Assembly: GCA_963708675.1 (NCBI GenBank)
Contig: CAVPTO010000003.1
Location: forward strand, 4,740,719-4,804,718
Direction: 5' to 3'
Length of the DNA: 64,000 nucleotides
Source of the DNA: an uncultured Planctomycetota bacterium
GTDB lineage: Bacteria; Planctomycetota; Planctomycetia; Pirellulales; PNKZ01
The notes under the pieces were generated by a model. That model did not search any database, was not told the origin of the DNA, and worked only from the letters and a program-made list of their open reading frames with translations. Positions 27,383-38,415 of the stretch are shown in pieces; the stretch's first letter is position 1; every line of letters begins with the position of its first letter. The translations under genes were made by a program, and so were the position numbers.

Positions 27383-28222
27383 ATGTCTGAACGCATTCGC
27401 CTTTTGGCGCTCGATATCGATGGAACGCTCGTCAATAGTCGCGATGAGCTGACACCGGCGACGATTGCCGCCATTCGCCGTGCCGCCGACGCGGGCCTGC
27501 ATATCGTTCTCGCCACGGGGCGTCGCTACAGCCGGGCGTTGCCGTTGGTCGAGCCGTTGGGGATCGAAGCGCCGCTTGTTACTTCCAGCGGCGCGTTGAT
27601 CAAGCGAGCGCTCGACCACGTGACGCTCTACAAGGCGAGCTTCGAGCGCCCCCTGCTCTGCTCGATGTTGTCGATCGTCGAGCAATCAGGCTACGACGCG
27701 ATTGTGTATGGCGACACCTATGCCGAAGGGTTCGATTACTACTGCCGCACGATCGACGTCGAGCAACCCGAGTTGGCCGAGTATCTGCAACTCAACGCGA
27801 AGTGCGAACGCGTTCTCCCCGAATTGATGCGGAACCCGCCGGACGGTATTTTCGCCGGCTTCGCCATCGGCTCACGAGACGCCATGCTCGCGATGCACGA
27901 GCGCTTCAACCACGAGCTACCAGGCCTGCTCTACACACACGTCATTCGCAGCCCGAGGTATCGAGGATACATGTGCGAGATCGCGCCGGCCGGCGCGACG
28001 AAGTGGGCAGGCATCGAACGCATCGCGCACGAGTGGGGCATCGCCGACGATGAAATCTGCGCCGTCGGGGACGATGTCAACGATCTGCCGATGATCGAAG
28101 GCGCCGGGCTAGGTATCGCGATGGGCAACGCCGTCGCCGAACTCAAGGCCGCCGCCGACCGCATCGCCCCCGGCCACGACGCCGACGGATTGGTGCAAGT
28201 CGTCGATTGGATCTTGGCATAA
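27383..28222 (+). CDS. Cof-type HAD-IIB phosphatase
   Basis: Motif I LALDIDGTL. ATGR motif. C-terminal GDDVNDLPM motif. Confidence 0.9.
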   Translation: MSERIRLLALDIDGTLVNSRDELTPATIAAIRRAADAGLHIVLATGRRYSRALPLVEPLGIEAPLVTSSGALIKRALDHVTLYKASFERPLLCSMLSIVEQSGYDAIVYGDTYAEGFDYYCRTIDVEQPELAEYLQLNAKCERVLPELMRNPPDGIFAGFAIGSRDAMLAMHERFNHELPGLLYTHVIRSPRYRGYMCEIAPAGATKWAGIERIAHEWGIADDEICAVGDDVNDLPMIEGAGLGIAMGNAVAELKAAADRIAPGHDADGLVQVVDWILA

Positions 28223-28362
28223 GGGATTGCGTGTTCGTTAAGCCGCGACGCGTAGCGAGCGCGTGCCGCACTGTGGGTGAAACACCCGCGAACCCTTGTC
28301 GCCAACCACGCCGCGGGATACCGTAATTCTATGGGCCCTAAGATTTAACGTCGCGGGACGCG

Positions 28363-31218
28363 ATGATGCTGCCATGTCGCGCTGGAAGGCTTTTCGTCGG
28401 GGTCGCAGCCGTCGTGCTGACGACGATCGGCGCGACGCGAGCCGATGACAAACTGACCGAAGCCCGTCGTCTCTGGCTGACCGGTAAGTATGCCGAGGCT
28501 CAGGAAGCCTACGAGGCGGTTGCCGAAGTCGAGCCTGCGGCGGCGGCACTTGGTATCGCCCGCTGCCTGACGAGCACCGGCAAGCAGTCGCAGGCGGCCG
28601 AGACGCTTGCCAAGGCAATTGAAAAACACGCCGATGTCGCCGACTTACATGCCGAGGCGGCCTTGTTGGCTTTGGATCGCGGCGACGATGCGACGGCCGA
28701 TCGCGAGGCGGCCGCGGCGCGGGCGATCGACGACGATCATTTGCTTGCGCGCTGGGTGCAAGCCGAGCGAATGCGTCAGACCGGCAAACTTGCCGAGGCC
28801 GACGCCGCATACAAGTGGTTCGTCGATTACTACAACGCCAAGGACGTGTCCGACGCCGAACAACTGCGAATCATCGGCCGCGCGGCCGCCGAGTTCGCGC
28901 GATGGAACCGGTTCAGCGATCAATTCACATTCCTCGTGAACGATCTCTATCCCTCAGCCATCGATGCCGACTCGCAGTTCTGGCAGGCCCATTACGAAAC
29001 CGGCCTGCTGTTTCTCGAAAAGTACAACCAGGCCGAAGCCGCCAAGGCATTCAAGGCAGCGCTCGAGATCAACCCCTCGGCGGCCGACGTCTATGCCGCG
29101 ATGGCGAGACTCTCGATTCAAAACTACGAGCTGGAAGAAGCACGCCGCCGCGTCGCACGCGCGCGGCAGATCAATCCGCGGCTGCTCGAGGCCGAGCTGT
29201 GCCAGGCCGATTCGCACCTCGCGAACTTCGAAACGGCCGAGGCGATCGATGTTCTCGAAAAGGCTCGAAAGCTGAATCCTCATTCGGAGGAGACGCTTGG
29301 TCGACTCGCCGCCGCGTTTGCGGTCGTCGACAGCATCAAGGACGACGAAACAGGAACGCGCTTCGGCGAGCTGTGCGAACAGGCGATTAAACGCAATGAG
29401 CATTGCGGTGTGTTCTTCAATGCGGTTGGGGCTTCGTTCGATCTGACGCGCAAATACCCCGCCGCCGCGCGCTACCTCAAAGTCGCCGTCGAGCGCATGC
29501 CGCAACTCACCGAGCCGCGAGGCTCGCTCGGCATGGTTTACATGCGGCTGGGTGAAGAGGTCGAAGCCCGCAAGATGCTCGACGAATCGTTCGAGATCGA
29601 CCCGTTCAACGTGCGAGTCAGCAACACGCTCAAAGTGCTCGAAGTCCTCGACAGCTACGCGGTCATCGAGACCGATCACTTCGTCATCAAATTCGATCGC
29701 GGCAAGGACGAGGTGCTCGCTCGCTATGCGTCGCGCTATTTGGAAGAGACGGTTTATCCCGAGTTGACGAAGAAGTTCGGATTCGAGCCCCCGCAGAAAT
29801 CGCTCTTTGAATTCTTCAATCGCGCGAAGAACACGAGTGGGCACGGTTGGTTTAGCGCTCGCATGGTGGGTCTGCCGTACATCGGCACGGTCGGAGCTTG
29901 CGCGGGGAAAATGGTCGCAATGGCCAGTCCCGGCGACATGCCGCAGCAATACAACTGGGCTCGCGTCCTCAAGCACGAGTTCGTACACGTCCTTAACCTG
30001 CAACAGAGCAACTTCAACATTCCGCACTGGTACACCGAGGCGCTCGCCGTCGAAAGCGAAGGTTACCCGCGACCGAAATCGTGGGACGAAATGCTCGCGC
30101 AGCGTGTCCCGGCGGGCAAGATGTTCAATCTCGACAACATCAACCTCGCTTTTGTGCGTCCCCGATCGGCCGACGATTGGCAGATGGCGTACTGCCAGGC
30201 TCAGCTCTATGCCCAATACATGCTTGTAATGTACGGAGAAGACGCGCTGGCCAAGATGTTGCAGTGCTATGCCGACAATCTCGACACGCGAGCCGCATTG
30301 AAGCGATCGTTCGACGTCGAACAGAAGAACTTCGAAGAAGGCTATCTCGCCTATGTAAGAGAGATTGTCGCCGACCTGTCGATCGAACGTGAAGAAGGCG
30401 ACGACAAGGCAATGACCTTGGCGCAGTTAATGCGCGCTCACGAAGAAAAGCCCGAGGACGTCAATATCACCGCGAAGCTAGCCGAGGCTTATCTCGGTCG
30501 TAAGAGTTATCCCGAAGCACGCAAATTGGCCGAAAAGGTGCTGGAGAAAAAGCCCGGGCATCCGCTGGCGTCCTACGTCGTGGCGAAAGTGCGGCTCGTC
30601 GTCGGCGACAACGACGAAGCACTAGCCATTCTCGAAAAGGCCGTCGATCGTGAACATCCCGAGCCGAAGTCGCTCGGTCTGCTGGCGAGTCTGCGCCTCA
30701 GCGCCAGCGACTATGACGCAGCCAGCGACCTGTATCGCGCTGCGGCAAGCACCTGGCCGGGCGACACGCAATGGACAAAGGCGCTAGCGAGGTTGTACCT
30801 CAAAACTGGCGACAAGAAGCAACTCGGCGAAGTGTTGGCGAAATTGGCCGACGCGGATGCTGACGACTTCATCATCCGCAAGAAATTGGCGCACATGGCG
30901 CTCGAATCGAAGGATTACAGCCAGGCCTGTCGCTGGGCGACCGACGCCATGCACGTGAACGTTAGCGACGCGGACATTCATCGCGTGCTCGGCGAGGCAA
31001 TGGTCGCGGAGAATCAATTCAAGCCTGCGATCGAAGAGTATAAAACCGCCGTGAGCCTCGACGAGAAACAACCTGCCTGGCGGTTCGCGTTGGCCGACGC
31101 CTGTGTTCAAGCGGGCGACACGGATCAGGCGTGTCGCGTGCTTCGCAAGCTCATCGAGTTGCATCCCGACTATCCCGGCGCAGCCCTGTTGTTGGAAAGC
31201 CTCGAGGAGCGCCCGTGA
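28363..31218 (+). CDS. Secreted TPR-repeat protein with central HExxH (peptidase MA-like) module
   Basis: Signal-like FVGVAAVVLTTIGATRA. Many 34-aa TPR-type repeats in both the N- and C-terminal thirds. Central LKHEFVHVLN motif followed by YTEALAVESEG. Confidence 0.8.
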   Translation: MMLPCRAGRLFVGVAAVVLTTIGATRADDKLTEARRLWLTGKYAEAQEAYEAVAEVEPAAAALGIARCLTSTGKQSQAAETLAKAIEKHADVADLHAEAALLALDRGDDATADREAAAARAIDDDHLLARWVQAERMRQTGKLAEADAAYKWFVDYYNAKDVSDAEQLRIIGRAAAEFARWNRFSDQFTFLVNDLYPSAIDADSQFWQAHYETGLLFLEKYNQAEAAKAFKAALEINPSAADVYAAMARLSIQNYELEEARRRVARARQINPRLLEAELCQADSHLANFETAEAIDVLEKARKLNPHSEETLGRLAAAFAVVDSIKDDETGTRFGELCEQAIKRNEHCGVFFNAVGASFDLTRKYPAAARYLKVAVERMPQLTEPRGSLGMVYMRLGEEVEARKMLDESFEIDPFNVRVSNTLKVLEVLDSYAVIETDHFVIKFDRGKDEVLARYASRYLEETVYPELTKKFGFEPPQKSLFEFFNRAKNTSGHGWFSARMVGLPYIGTVGACAGKMVAMASPGDMPQQYNWARVLKHEFVHVLNLQQSNFNIPHWYTEALAVESEGYPRPKSWDEMLAQRVPAGKMFNLDNINLAFVRPRSADDWQMAYCQAQLYAQYMLVMYGEDALAKMLQCYADNLDTRAALKRSFDVEQKNFEEGYLAYVREIVADLSIEREEGDDKAMTLAQLMRAHEEKPEDVNITAKLAEAYLGRKSYPEARKLAEKVLEKKPGHPLASYVVAKVRLVVGDNDEALAILEKAVDREHPEPKSLGLLASLRLSASDYDAASDLYRAAASTWPGDTQWTKALARLYLKTGDKKQLGEVLAKLADADADDFIIRKKLAHMALESKDYSQACRWATDAMHVNVSDADIHRVLGEAMVAENQFKPAIEEYKTAVSLDEKQPAWRFALADACVQAGDTDQACRVLRKLIELHPDYPGAALLLESLEERP

Positions 31219-31568
31219 CGAGCAAGCCCGCCAGTGACGACCTCGAAACCGCGAAGCCGACGCCGGCAATCACCTTTGCCGAGTTCCAGAAGCTCATTCG
31301 TCAGATGTACCACGAGAAGGACGTCGCTCGCGGCATCGACGGCACGTTCATGTGGCTGATCGAAGAAGTTGGCGAGCTAGCCTCGGCACTCCGGAACGGC
31401 ACGCACGACGAACGACTCGGCGAGTTCGCCGACGTGCTCGCCTGGCTCACGACGATCGCCAACGTCGCCGGCGTCGATCTGAACGAAGCAGTTGCACGCA
31501 AGTATGGGTCGGGCTGCCCCGGATGCGGACAATTCATCTGCACCTGTGCCGACGCGGAAAAACCATGA
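31215..31568 (+). CDS. MazG-like nucleotide pyrophosphohydrolase domain protein with Cys-rich tail
   Basis: GTG 31215 overlaps the TGA of the upstream gene (GTGA). Motifs LIEEVGELASAL and EFADVLAWL. C-terminal GCPGCGQFICTC. Confidence 0.8.
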   Translation: MTSKPASDDLETAKPTPAITFAEFQKLIRQMYHEKDVARGIDGTFMWLIEEVGELASALRNGTHDERLGEFADVLAWLTTIANVAGVDLNEAVARKYGSGCPGCGQFICTCADAEKP

Positions 31569-33722
31569 TGCGTGCCCTGCTGACCGTTGGGTGCTTGGTC
31601 ATCGCCGTCGCGCCGGCACGGGCCGCCGATGACCACCTGCCCACCGTCACGACATTCAGTTTCGGCTTCGATGGCCAATACAAGCTCGGTTGTTGGACGC
31701 CATTGAAGGTCAGCGTACGTGGCGTTTCCGAACCCGTGCATGGCGAGTTGTGCGTCGAGTTGCCCGATGGCGACGGCGTTGGTGTGCGCTACCTCAGCGA
31801 GACTATCAATCTGCCCGCGGGTGAAGAGCATGACGTGCTTTGGTACGTGAAGGTCGGCAGGCTGATCAACCAGATGACGATTCGCGCGCACGCCAGCGGC
31901 GACGGGCCGTCGCGTCTGAGATCGCTACGCACGGTGCCGCTGAAGCAACCGCTCGACTTGCAGACGCGACTGGTCTTAAATCTGGGCCCCGCCATCTGTC
32001 CGCCCGAAGAGCTCGAACGCTTCAACACCGTGCTCGTGCAACTCGACAACTGCGACCGCCTTCCCGAGCGATGGATCGGTTACGAGGCCGTACATGCGCT
32101 GGTGCTCACGACGTCGCAGCCCAAGCTGCTCGATCAGTTGACCGACGACACAGGTCAATATCTCGCCTTCGAAGATTGGCTCGAAGCGGGGGGGCATGTC
32201 CTCATTTGCGGCGGCGTCAGTGGGCAGCACGTGTTGGGCGTCGATTCGCCGCTGGGTCGGTTCATGCCCGGAAAGTTGGGCGACCCCGTCGCCTGGCCAC
32301 GGTTCGACGCACTCGAATCCTACGCCGGCGCCAAGGAGCGCATTACCGCAACGCGCCAGGGCAGCGCCGCAACTCGAGCTCCCGCGGTTACAAGAGGTGC
32401 GAGGCACGATCGAGGCGGCCGAAGGTGATCTGCCGCTTGTCGTGCGATCGCTGCGTGGGCTCGGGCAAGTCACGTACATGGCGGCGTCGATGGATCAGCC
32501 GCCGCTGGCGAACTGGTCGGGCCGCACCGCGTTGGCGGCGCGATTGCTCGGAGTCGAACGACACGAAAACTCTGCATCCACCGAGTCCCCCGTCGCCGAT
32601 CGCGCGCGCACTTACGGGATCACCGACTTGGCGGGGCAGTTGTATGCCGCGATTGACCAGTTCGACGGAGTGCGCAGCGTCGCGTTCTGGCTGCTCGGAA
32701 CGCTCGCGCTCGCTTATGTCGTGGTCATTGGCCCGCTCGACTACTGGATCGTGGGCCGTGTGTTGCGACGCCCCGAGTTGACGTGGCTCACGCTCCCGGT
32801 GCTGATTGCCGCGCCGGTGCTCGCCATCGCTTCGGTCGACCTCGCTTTCAAAGGAACGAACGAGCGATTCAATCAAGTCGACGTGATCGACGTCGATCTC
32901 GATCGCAACGTCCAGCGCGGGACGAGTTGGCTTGCGATCTTCACACCGGGAGCGGATCGTTACGACTTGTGCGTGCATCACTGCTCGCGCTCTGGCAGCA
33001 GCGTGCTCGGCAACGAGGCGCTCTCGTGGTTTGCCCCCCCCGGCGACGGTTGGGGGGGCATGCACTCCTCGGCCGCCGCAGCCCACGCAATGGCCGAACC
33101 CTACACAGCCGACTACGCACTCGAGCACCTGCGTTCGGTTGCAATCGAGGCGGCCAACACGAAAGCCTTCTGCGCTCGTTGGACTGGCCCTGCCCCGCCG
33201 ACCATCGAAGCCACCTTGCGAAAGACGGCCGATGGCGGCCTCGAAGGAAGCATCGAGAACCATCAAGCCGGTCAGCTCGATGATGCGATCGTGCTCTTTG
33301 GCCGTTTCGGCTACGCGCTCGGTACGATCGCCGCGAATGCCAAGGTCGATATTCCGCGCGAAGAGCGTCGTGATCTCGACGTGGTGCTCAAACGGTTCCA
33401 GGTGGTTCGTAATCAGCAGAACAACAGTTACTTGCAAGCACCCGTGCCTTACGATCCCGCGTCGCTCGAATTGCCCAGCGTCGTGCAAACGATGATGTTC
33501 TACGATGCGCTCGGCGGTCGCCAATACACTGGCATTCCCGACGACCAGCAGGGTTTTGTCGACATGAGCTCCGTCGTTCGCCAAGGTCGCGCTGTGCTCG
33601 TGGCCCATATTGCGGAGGAGGATCGCCTTGGCAGCTCGTGGCATAACCACGGCGATGCCCTCGATCCCGAGCAGCTGCAGTCGTGGAAGTACTGCCGCAT
33701 CGTGATGCCTGTGCAACCATGA
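31565..33722 (+). pseudogene. Membrane protein with GATase1-like (BatA-C/GldG-like) module, split into two frames (31565-32428 and 32196-33722)
   Basis: ATG 31565 overlaps the mazG-like stop. Signal peptide MMRALLTVGCLVIAVAPARA. EAGGHVLICGG is in frame 1, while the matching LPLVVRSLRGLGQVTYMAASMDQPPLANW and the TM segments are in frame 2. The frame switch falls near 32355-32380. Confidence 0.55.
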
Positions 33723-33747
33723 CGTTTCAACTGCGAAGGCGGCGTGC

Positions 33748-34674
33748 GTGATCGAAACTCAAGATCTGACGAAAGTCTACGGCCAGCTGCGAGCGCTTGA
33801 CCGACTGACGCTCAAGCTCGAACGCGGCGACGTGTTCGGTTTCATTGGCCCCAACGGCGCTGGCAAAACCACGGCGATGCGCATCCTCGCCACGCTTCTT
33901 GCCCCCACGCATGGCGAAGCGACGGTTTGCGGCTATTCCATTTACAATGCGCCTGCCGACGTGAGGCGCGTGATCGGTTATATGCCCGACTTTTTCGGCG
34001 TGTACGACGACATGCGAGTCATCGAATATCTCGAATTCTTCGCCGCGGCGTATCGCATCCGCGGTCACGAACGTCACAAGGTGTGCAACGAGATGCTCGA
34101 ACTCGTCGACCTTGGTTACAAGCGCAACGCGCTCGTCACGAGCCTTTCGCGCGGTATGACGCAGCGGCTGGGCCTGGCCCGAGTGCTGTTGCACGATCCG
34201 CAAGTGCTGCTGCTCGACGAGCCGGCGAGTGGCCTCGACCCGCGAGCGCGCATCGAGATTCGCGCACTGCTCAAACGGCTCCGCGATCTGGGCAAGACGA
34301 TCATGGTATCGAGTCACATTCTGCCCGAGTTGGCCGACGTGTGTAACCGCATCGGCATCATCGAGCGTGGTCAACTGCTCGTCGAAAGCGACGTGAACGA
34401 AGTCATGCGACGTGTGCGTCGTCAGACGGTGCTGACCATCGCCGTCACCGGCAAGCTCGACCACGCGGCCAATCTGCTCGAACAGCATCCGTCGGTCGAA
34501 AAGGTTACGGAGCAAAACGAACATCTGATCGTCACGTTGAAGCCCACCGTCGAGGACTACAGCGATCTGCCGTCGTTACTGATCGAGAACGGACACAAGC
34601 TGACCTTGTTCAAGGAGGAAGACGTCAACCTTGAAACCGCGTTCATGGAACTGACGAAGGGGATCACTGCGTGA
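33748..34674 (+). CDS. ABC transporter ATP-binding protein (ABC-2/DrrA-like)
   Basis: Walker A GPNGAGKTT, signature LSRGMTQRL, Walker B LLLDEPASGLD. GTG start. Confidence 0.9.
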   Translation: MIETQDLTKVYGQLRALDRLTLKLERGDVFGFIGPNGAGKTTAMRILATLLAPTHGEATVCGYSIYNAPADVRRVIGYMPDFFGVYDDMRVIEYLEFFAAAYRIRGHERHKVCNEMLELVDLGYKRNALVTSLSRGMTQRLGLARVLLHDPQVLLLDEPASGLDPRARIEIRALLKRLRDLGKTIMVSSHILPELADVCNRIGIIERGQLLVESDVNEVMRRVRRQTVLTIAVTGKLDHAANLLEQHPSVEKVTEQNEHLIVTLKPTVEDYSDLPSLLIENGHKLTLFKEEDVNLETAFMELTKGITA

Positions 34675-35366
34675 GACCAATCGCGATGTTCGTGATCTTA
34701 TTCGGCTGCGCTCCGACGTTGTCGGCTGAAGAACCGGTGACGCAACTGGCCAAGCCCGACAAGTTGCTGTTCTCGGATGACTTTTCGCGTTCCGAACCCG
34801 GCGAAGCGTGGAGCGGTTCCGTACGTTCGTTTCGTATCGAAGATGGCGCGTTCATCGTCACGCAACGATCGGATGCCACGCACCCGGCCGTTACGCGCGT
34901 GACGCCCGAGTTTAAAGACGGCATCATCACGTTCCGCTTTCGATTCGACGGCGCACCGCGATTTGGTGTCGTGTTCAACGACAAGACGTATGAGCAGTCG
35001 CACGCGGGGCACATCTGCCGCGTGAGCGTGTCACCGACCCAGATTAGCATCGGCGACGATCGAGAAGGTGCGATGAAGCACGGCATCTACGAGTTGCGAC
35101 AAGATCCCGCTCGTCGAGCCGAGTACGACGCGCTCGTCGAAAGCCGACAAGCCAAGGCGGCGGTGAAGATCGAGAAGGATCGTTGGTATTCGATGACCAT
35201 CGAAATCGTCGACGACGAGATGGCCGTGAGCCTCGACGATCGACCTGTCGTGCAATTCAAGTCACCGGGCATCGGGCACGCCATCAAAAACCACTGGGGG
35301 TTCACCGTCAGTGGTCAGTCGATGGCCTTCGACGACCTGAAACTGTGGAGCGTCGCCAAGCATTAG
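34671..35366 (+). CDS. DUF1080 / LamG-like (3-keto-disaccharide hydrolase fold) secreted protein
   Basis: GTGA overlap with the ABC ATPase gene. Signal peptide [17 protein letters not shown]. Concanavalin-like pattern W..... F.IEDGAF and a terminal FDDLKLW. Confidence 0.65.
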   Translation: MRPIAMFVILFGCAPTLSAEEPVTQLAKPDKLLFSDDFSRSEPGEAWSGSVRSFRIEDGAFIVTQRSDATHPAVTRVTPEFKDGIITFRFRFDGAPRFGVVFNDKTYEQSHAGHICRVSVSPTQISIGDDREGAMKHGIYELRQDPARRAEYDALVESRQAKAAVKIEKDRWYSMTIEIVDDEMAVSLDDRPVVQFKSPGIGHAIKNHWGFTVSGQSMAFDDLKLWSVAKH

Positions 35367-36193
35367 GGGCGAAAGCGAAGTGCCGTAAACTCACGAACAC
35401 GCTCGGTGATGGCAGGTTCGACGGGCAGACGCTCCATACTGCTGGCGCCGTAGAAACCGACGACGCCTTCGGTGTGATCCAAGATGTATTGTGCGTCGCT
35501 CGGCTCGGCGATCGGTCCGCCGTGGCAGAGAACGAGAATATCGCGACGCTCTCGGCGAGCAGCGTCACACATTTCCTGCACGCGTTGCGCTGCAGCGTCA
35601 AGCGTGACGGCCGTCGTCGCGCCGATCATTCCCTTTGTGGTGAGGCCAAGGTGCGGAATGAGGACGTCGGCGCCGGCACGGGCCATCGCGGCCGCCTCGT
35701 CGGGATTGAAACAGTACGGCGTCGTTAGCAGCCCCATGTCGTGCGCGGTGTGAATCATGTCGACTTCGAGGCAGAAGCCCATGCCAGTCTCTTCGAGGCC
35801 AACGCGCATCGTGCCATCGATGAGTCCGACGGTCGGAAAGTTCTGCACGCCCGCGAAGCCTGCATGGATCACGTCGCGTAGGAATAGCTTCATCACGCGA
35901 AACGGATCGGTGCCGCAGACGCCTGCCAACACAGGCGTGTGCTTCACCACGGGCAGCACTTCGCGAACCATGTCCATGACGATGGCGTTGGCGTCGCCGT
36001 AGGGCATCATGCCCGCCAACGACCCACGCCCCGCCATGCGGAAGCGGCCCGAGTTGTAGATCACCAGCAAGTCGGCGCCGCCGGCCTCGGCCAGCTTCGC
36101 GCTGAGTCCCGTCCCCGCACCGGCGCCGACGATCGGCCGGCCGGCCGCGACCTTCGCCCGCAAGCGCTGCATGATTTCTTCACGTGTCTGCAT
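35363..36193 (-). CDS. PEP-hydrolase-like TIM-barrel protein (PF09370-type, partner of UPF0261)
   Basis: Family-typical N-terminus [45 protein letters not shown]. Adjacent to a UPF0261 gene, as in the known pair. Confidence 0.8.
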   Translation of the reverse strand: MQTREEIMQRLRAKVAAGRPIVGAGAGTGLSAKLAEAGGADLLVIYNSGRFRMAGRGSLAGMMPYGDANAIVMDMVREVLPVVKHTPVLAGVCGTDPFRVMKLFLRDVIHAGFAGVQNFPTVGLIDGTMRVGLEETGMGFCLEVDMIHTAHDMGLLTTPYCFNPDEAAAMARAGADVLIPHLGLTTKGMIGATTAVTLDAAAQRVQEMCDAARRERRDILVLCHGGPIAEPSDAQYILDHTEGVVGFYGASSMERLPVEPAITERVREFTALRFRP

Positions 36194-36238
36194 AAATCGC
36201 GACTGACGGCCGCGTTCCGGGGGGCTGCGATGTGTGTG

Positions 36239-37456
36239 TTAGTTTGCGTTCGCGCGACCACCGGTCGCGGCTTTATGATGCATGAGGGTTATCAGTTCGT
36301 TCGCGACGGCCTCGGCGAACGGCGCGTCGTTGATATGGTAATCGAGTTCAACGACCGTCGTCGCACCAGTATGTGCACGAATCGCGTCAAACAATGCCTG
36401 ACGCGATTCGGGATCATTGAAGGGTTGGCCCGACGCGTCGAGCGCCGATACTCCGCGTCGGGGCAGCATGATCGTTGCGGGCCCGTGCGACGCGGCAACC
36501 TTCGTCGCCAGATCGACGCCGATGAGCGCATTCTCCTCGGGCGTCGTCCGCATCAGCGTCACGTTTTCATTGTGGCAATGTAACAACCGATCGCGGAACC
36601 GTTCGGGCACCGTCGCTGCACTGTAGAAGTTCACCATGTCGGTCGCGCCGACGCTGACGACTTGCGGGATGCCGTGCCGTGCGGCGGCTGTGAGTCGATT
36701 CGGCCCTGCGCTCAGAAAACCACCAACCAACTCGTCGGCCAACTCGGTCGTCGTGATGTCGAGTACACCCGCAATGAGACCTTCATTGATGAGTGACTCC
36801 ATCGTCTGCCCGCCACTGCCGGTCGCGTGGAAAACGAGCACTTCATATCCGGCACGTTCGAGCACTTCGCGAGCTCGTTCGACGCACGGCGTGGTGACGC
36901 CGAACATCGTGGCCGCGATGATCGGGCGATCATCGGCCGAAGCGGGCGCGCGAGGCAACCGCACCATGCCCGCCATCGCACGTGCGGCACTGTCGAGCAC
37001 CGAGCGGCCAATGCGATTCAGTCCCGCAACATCGACCACGGCATTGAACATCACGATGTCTTTCGAGCCGACGTACTGCCGTGTCTGCCCAGAAGCCAGC
37101 GTGCTGATCATCAGCTTCGGCACACCTAACGGGAGCACCCGCATTGCTGACGTGGCGATGGTCGTGCCCGCCGAACCACCGAGGCCGAGTACGCCAGTGA
37201 CTTTGCCTTCGTGGTAACGTTGCGCGATGAGTTGCGTGGCGCCGTTTGCCGCAGCGGTTACCGCTTCGCCGCGATTCTGGTCAATGGTCGCTGACGAGAA
37301 GACTTCTTCGCGCGGGATGTCGGCCGCCACGACCGAATCGCCGCGGCAGCTACAGTCGACGAGCGTCGTGTCGACGTCCAACTCGCGGAGCCGCGTTCGC
37401 ACGAAGTCGGCTTCGATGCCTTTCGTGTCGAGCGTGGCGAGGATGTGAACGCTCAT
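36239..37456 (-). CDS. UPF0261 family protein (Tm-1-like ATP-binding domain)
   Basis: N-terminus ILATLDTKGIEADF. Motifs GLGGSAGT and MFGVTTPCV typical of UPF0261. Confidence 0.85.
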   Translation of the reverse strand: MSVHILATLDTKGIEADFVRTRLRELDVDTTLVDCSCRGDSVVAADIPREEVFSSATIDQNRGEAVTAAANGATQLIAQRYHEGKVTGVLGLGGSAGTTIATSAMRVLPLGVPKLMISTLASGQTRQYVGSKDIVMFNAVVDVAGLNRIGRSVLDSAARAMAGMVRLPRAPASADDRPIIAATMFGVTTPCVERAREVLERAGYEVLVFHATGSGGQTMESLINEGLIAGVLDITTTELADELVGGFLSAGPNRLTAAARHGIPQVVSVGATDMVNFYSAATVPERFRDRLLHCHNENVTLMRTTPEENALIGVDLATKVAASHGPATIMLPRRGVSALDASGQPFNDPESRQALFDAIRAHTGATTVVELDYHINDAPFAEAVANELITLMHHKAATGGRANAN

Positions 37457-37498
37457 GAGGCGGTAGCGGACGGTACCGAGTACTCAGTACTCACGGTC

Positions 37499-38296
<798 letters not shown>

Positions 38297-38415
38297 TGGA
38301 TTGAGTAGACCACAGAGGACAGTAGGCAGAGGGCAGCAAGAGAGCAATTCTCATCGCGGGCGACGGCGCTCGCAAGGGCCTGCCGACGCCGCAATCGCAC
38401 ATCGAGTGGCTGCCG

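Noticed and set aside
28954-30216. 420-aa minus-strand ORF
   Set aside because: It is antisense to the TPR/HExxH gene, which has a signal peptide and TPR periodicity on the plus strand.
32388-33716. 442-aa minus-strand ORF
   Set aside because: It is antisense to the membrane-protein ORF, whose TM segments and paralogy to the VWA-cluster proteins support the plus strand.
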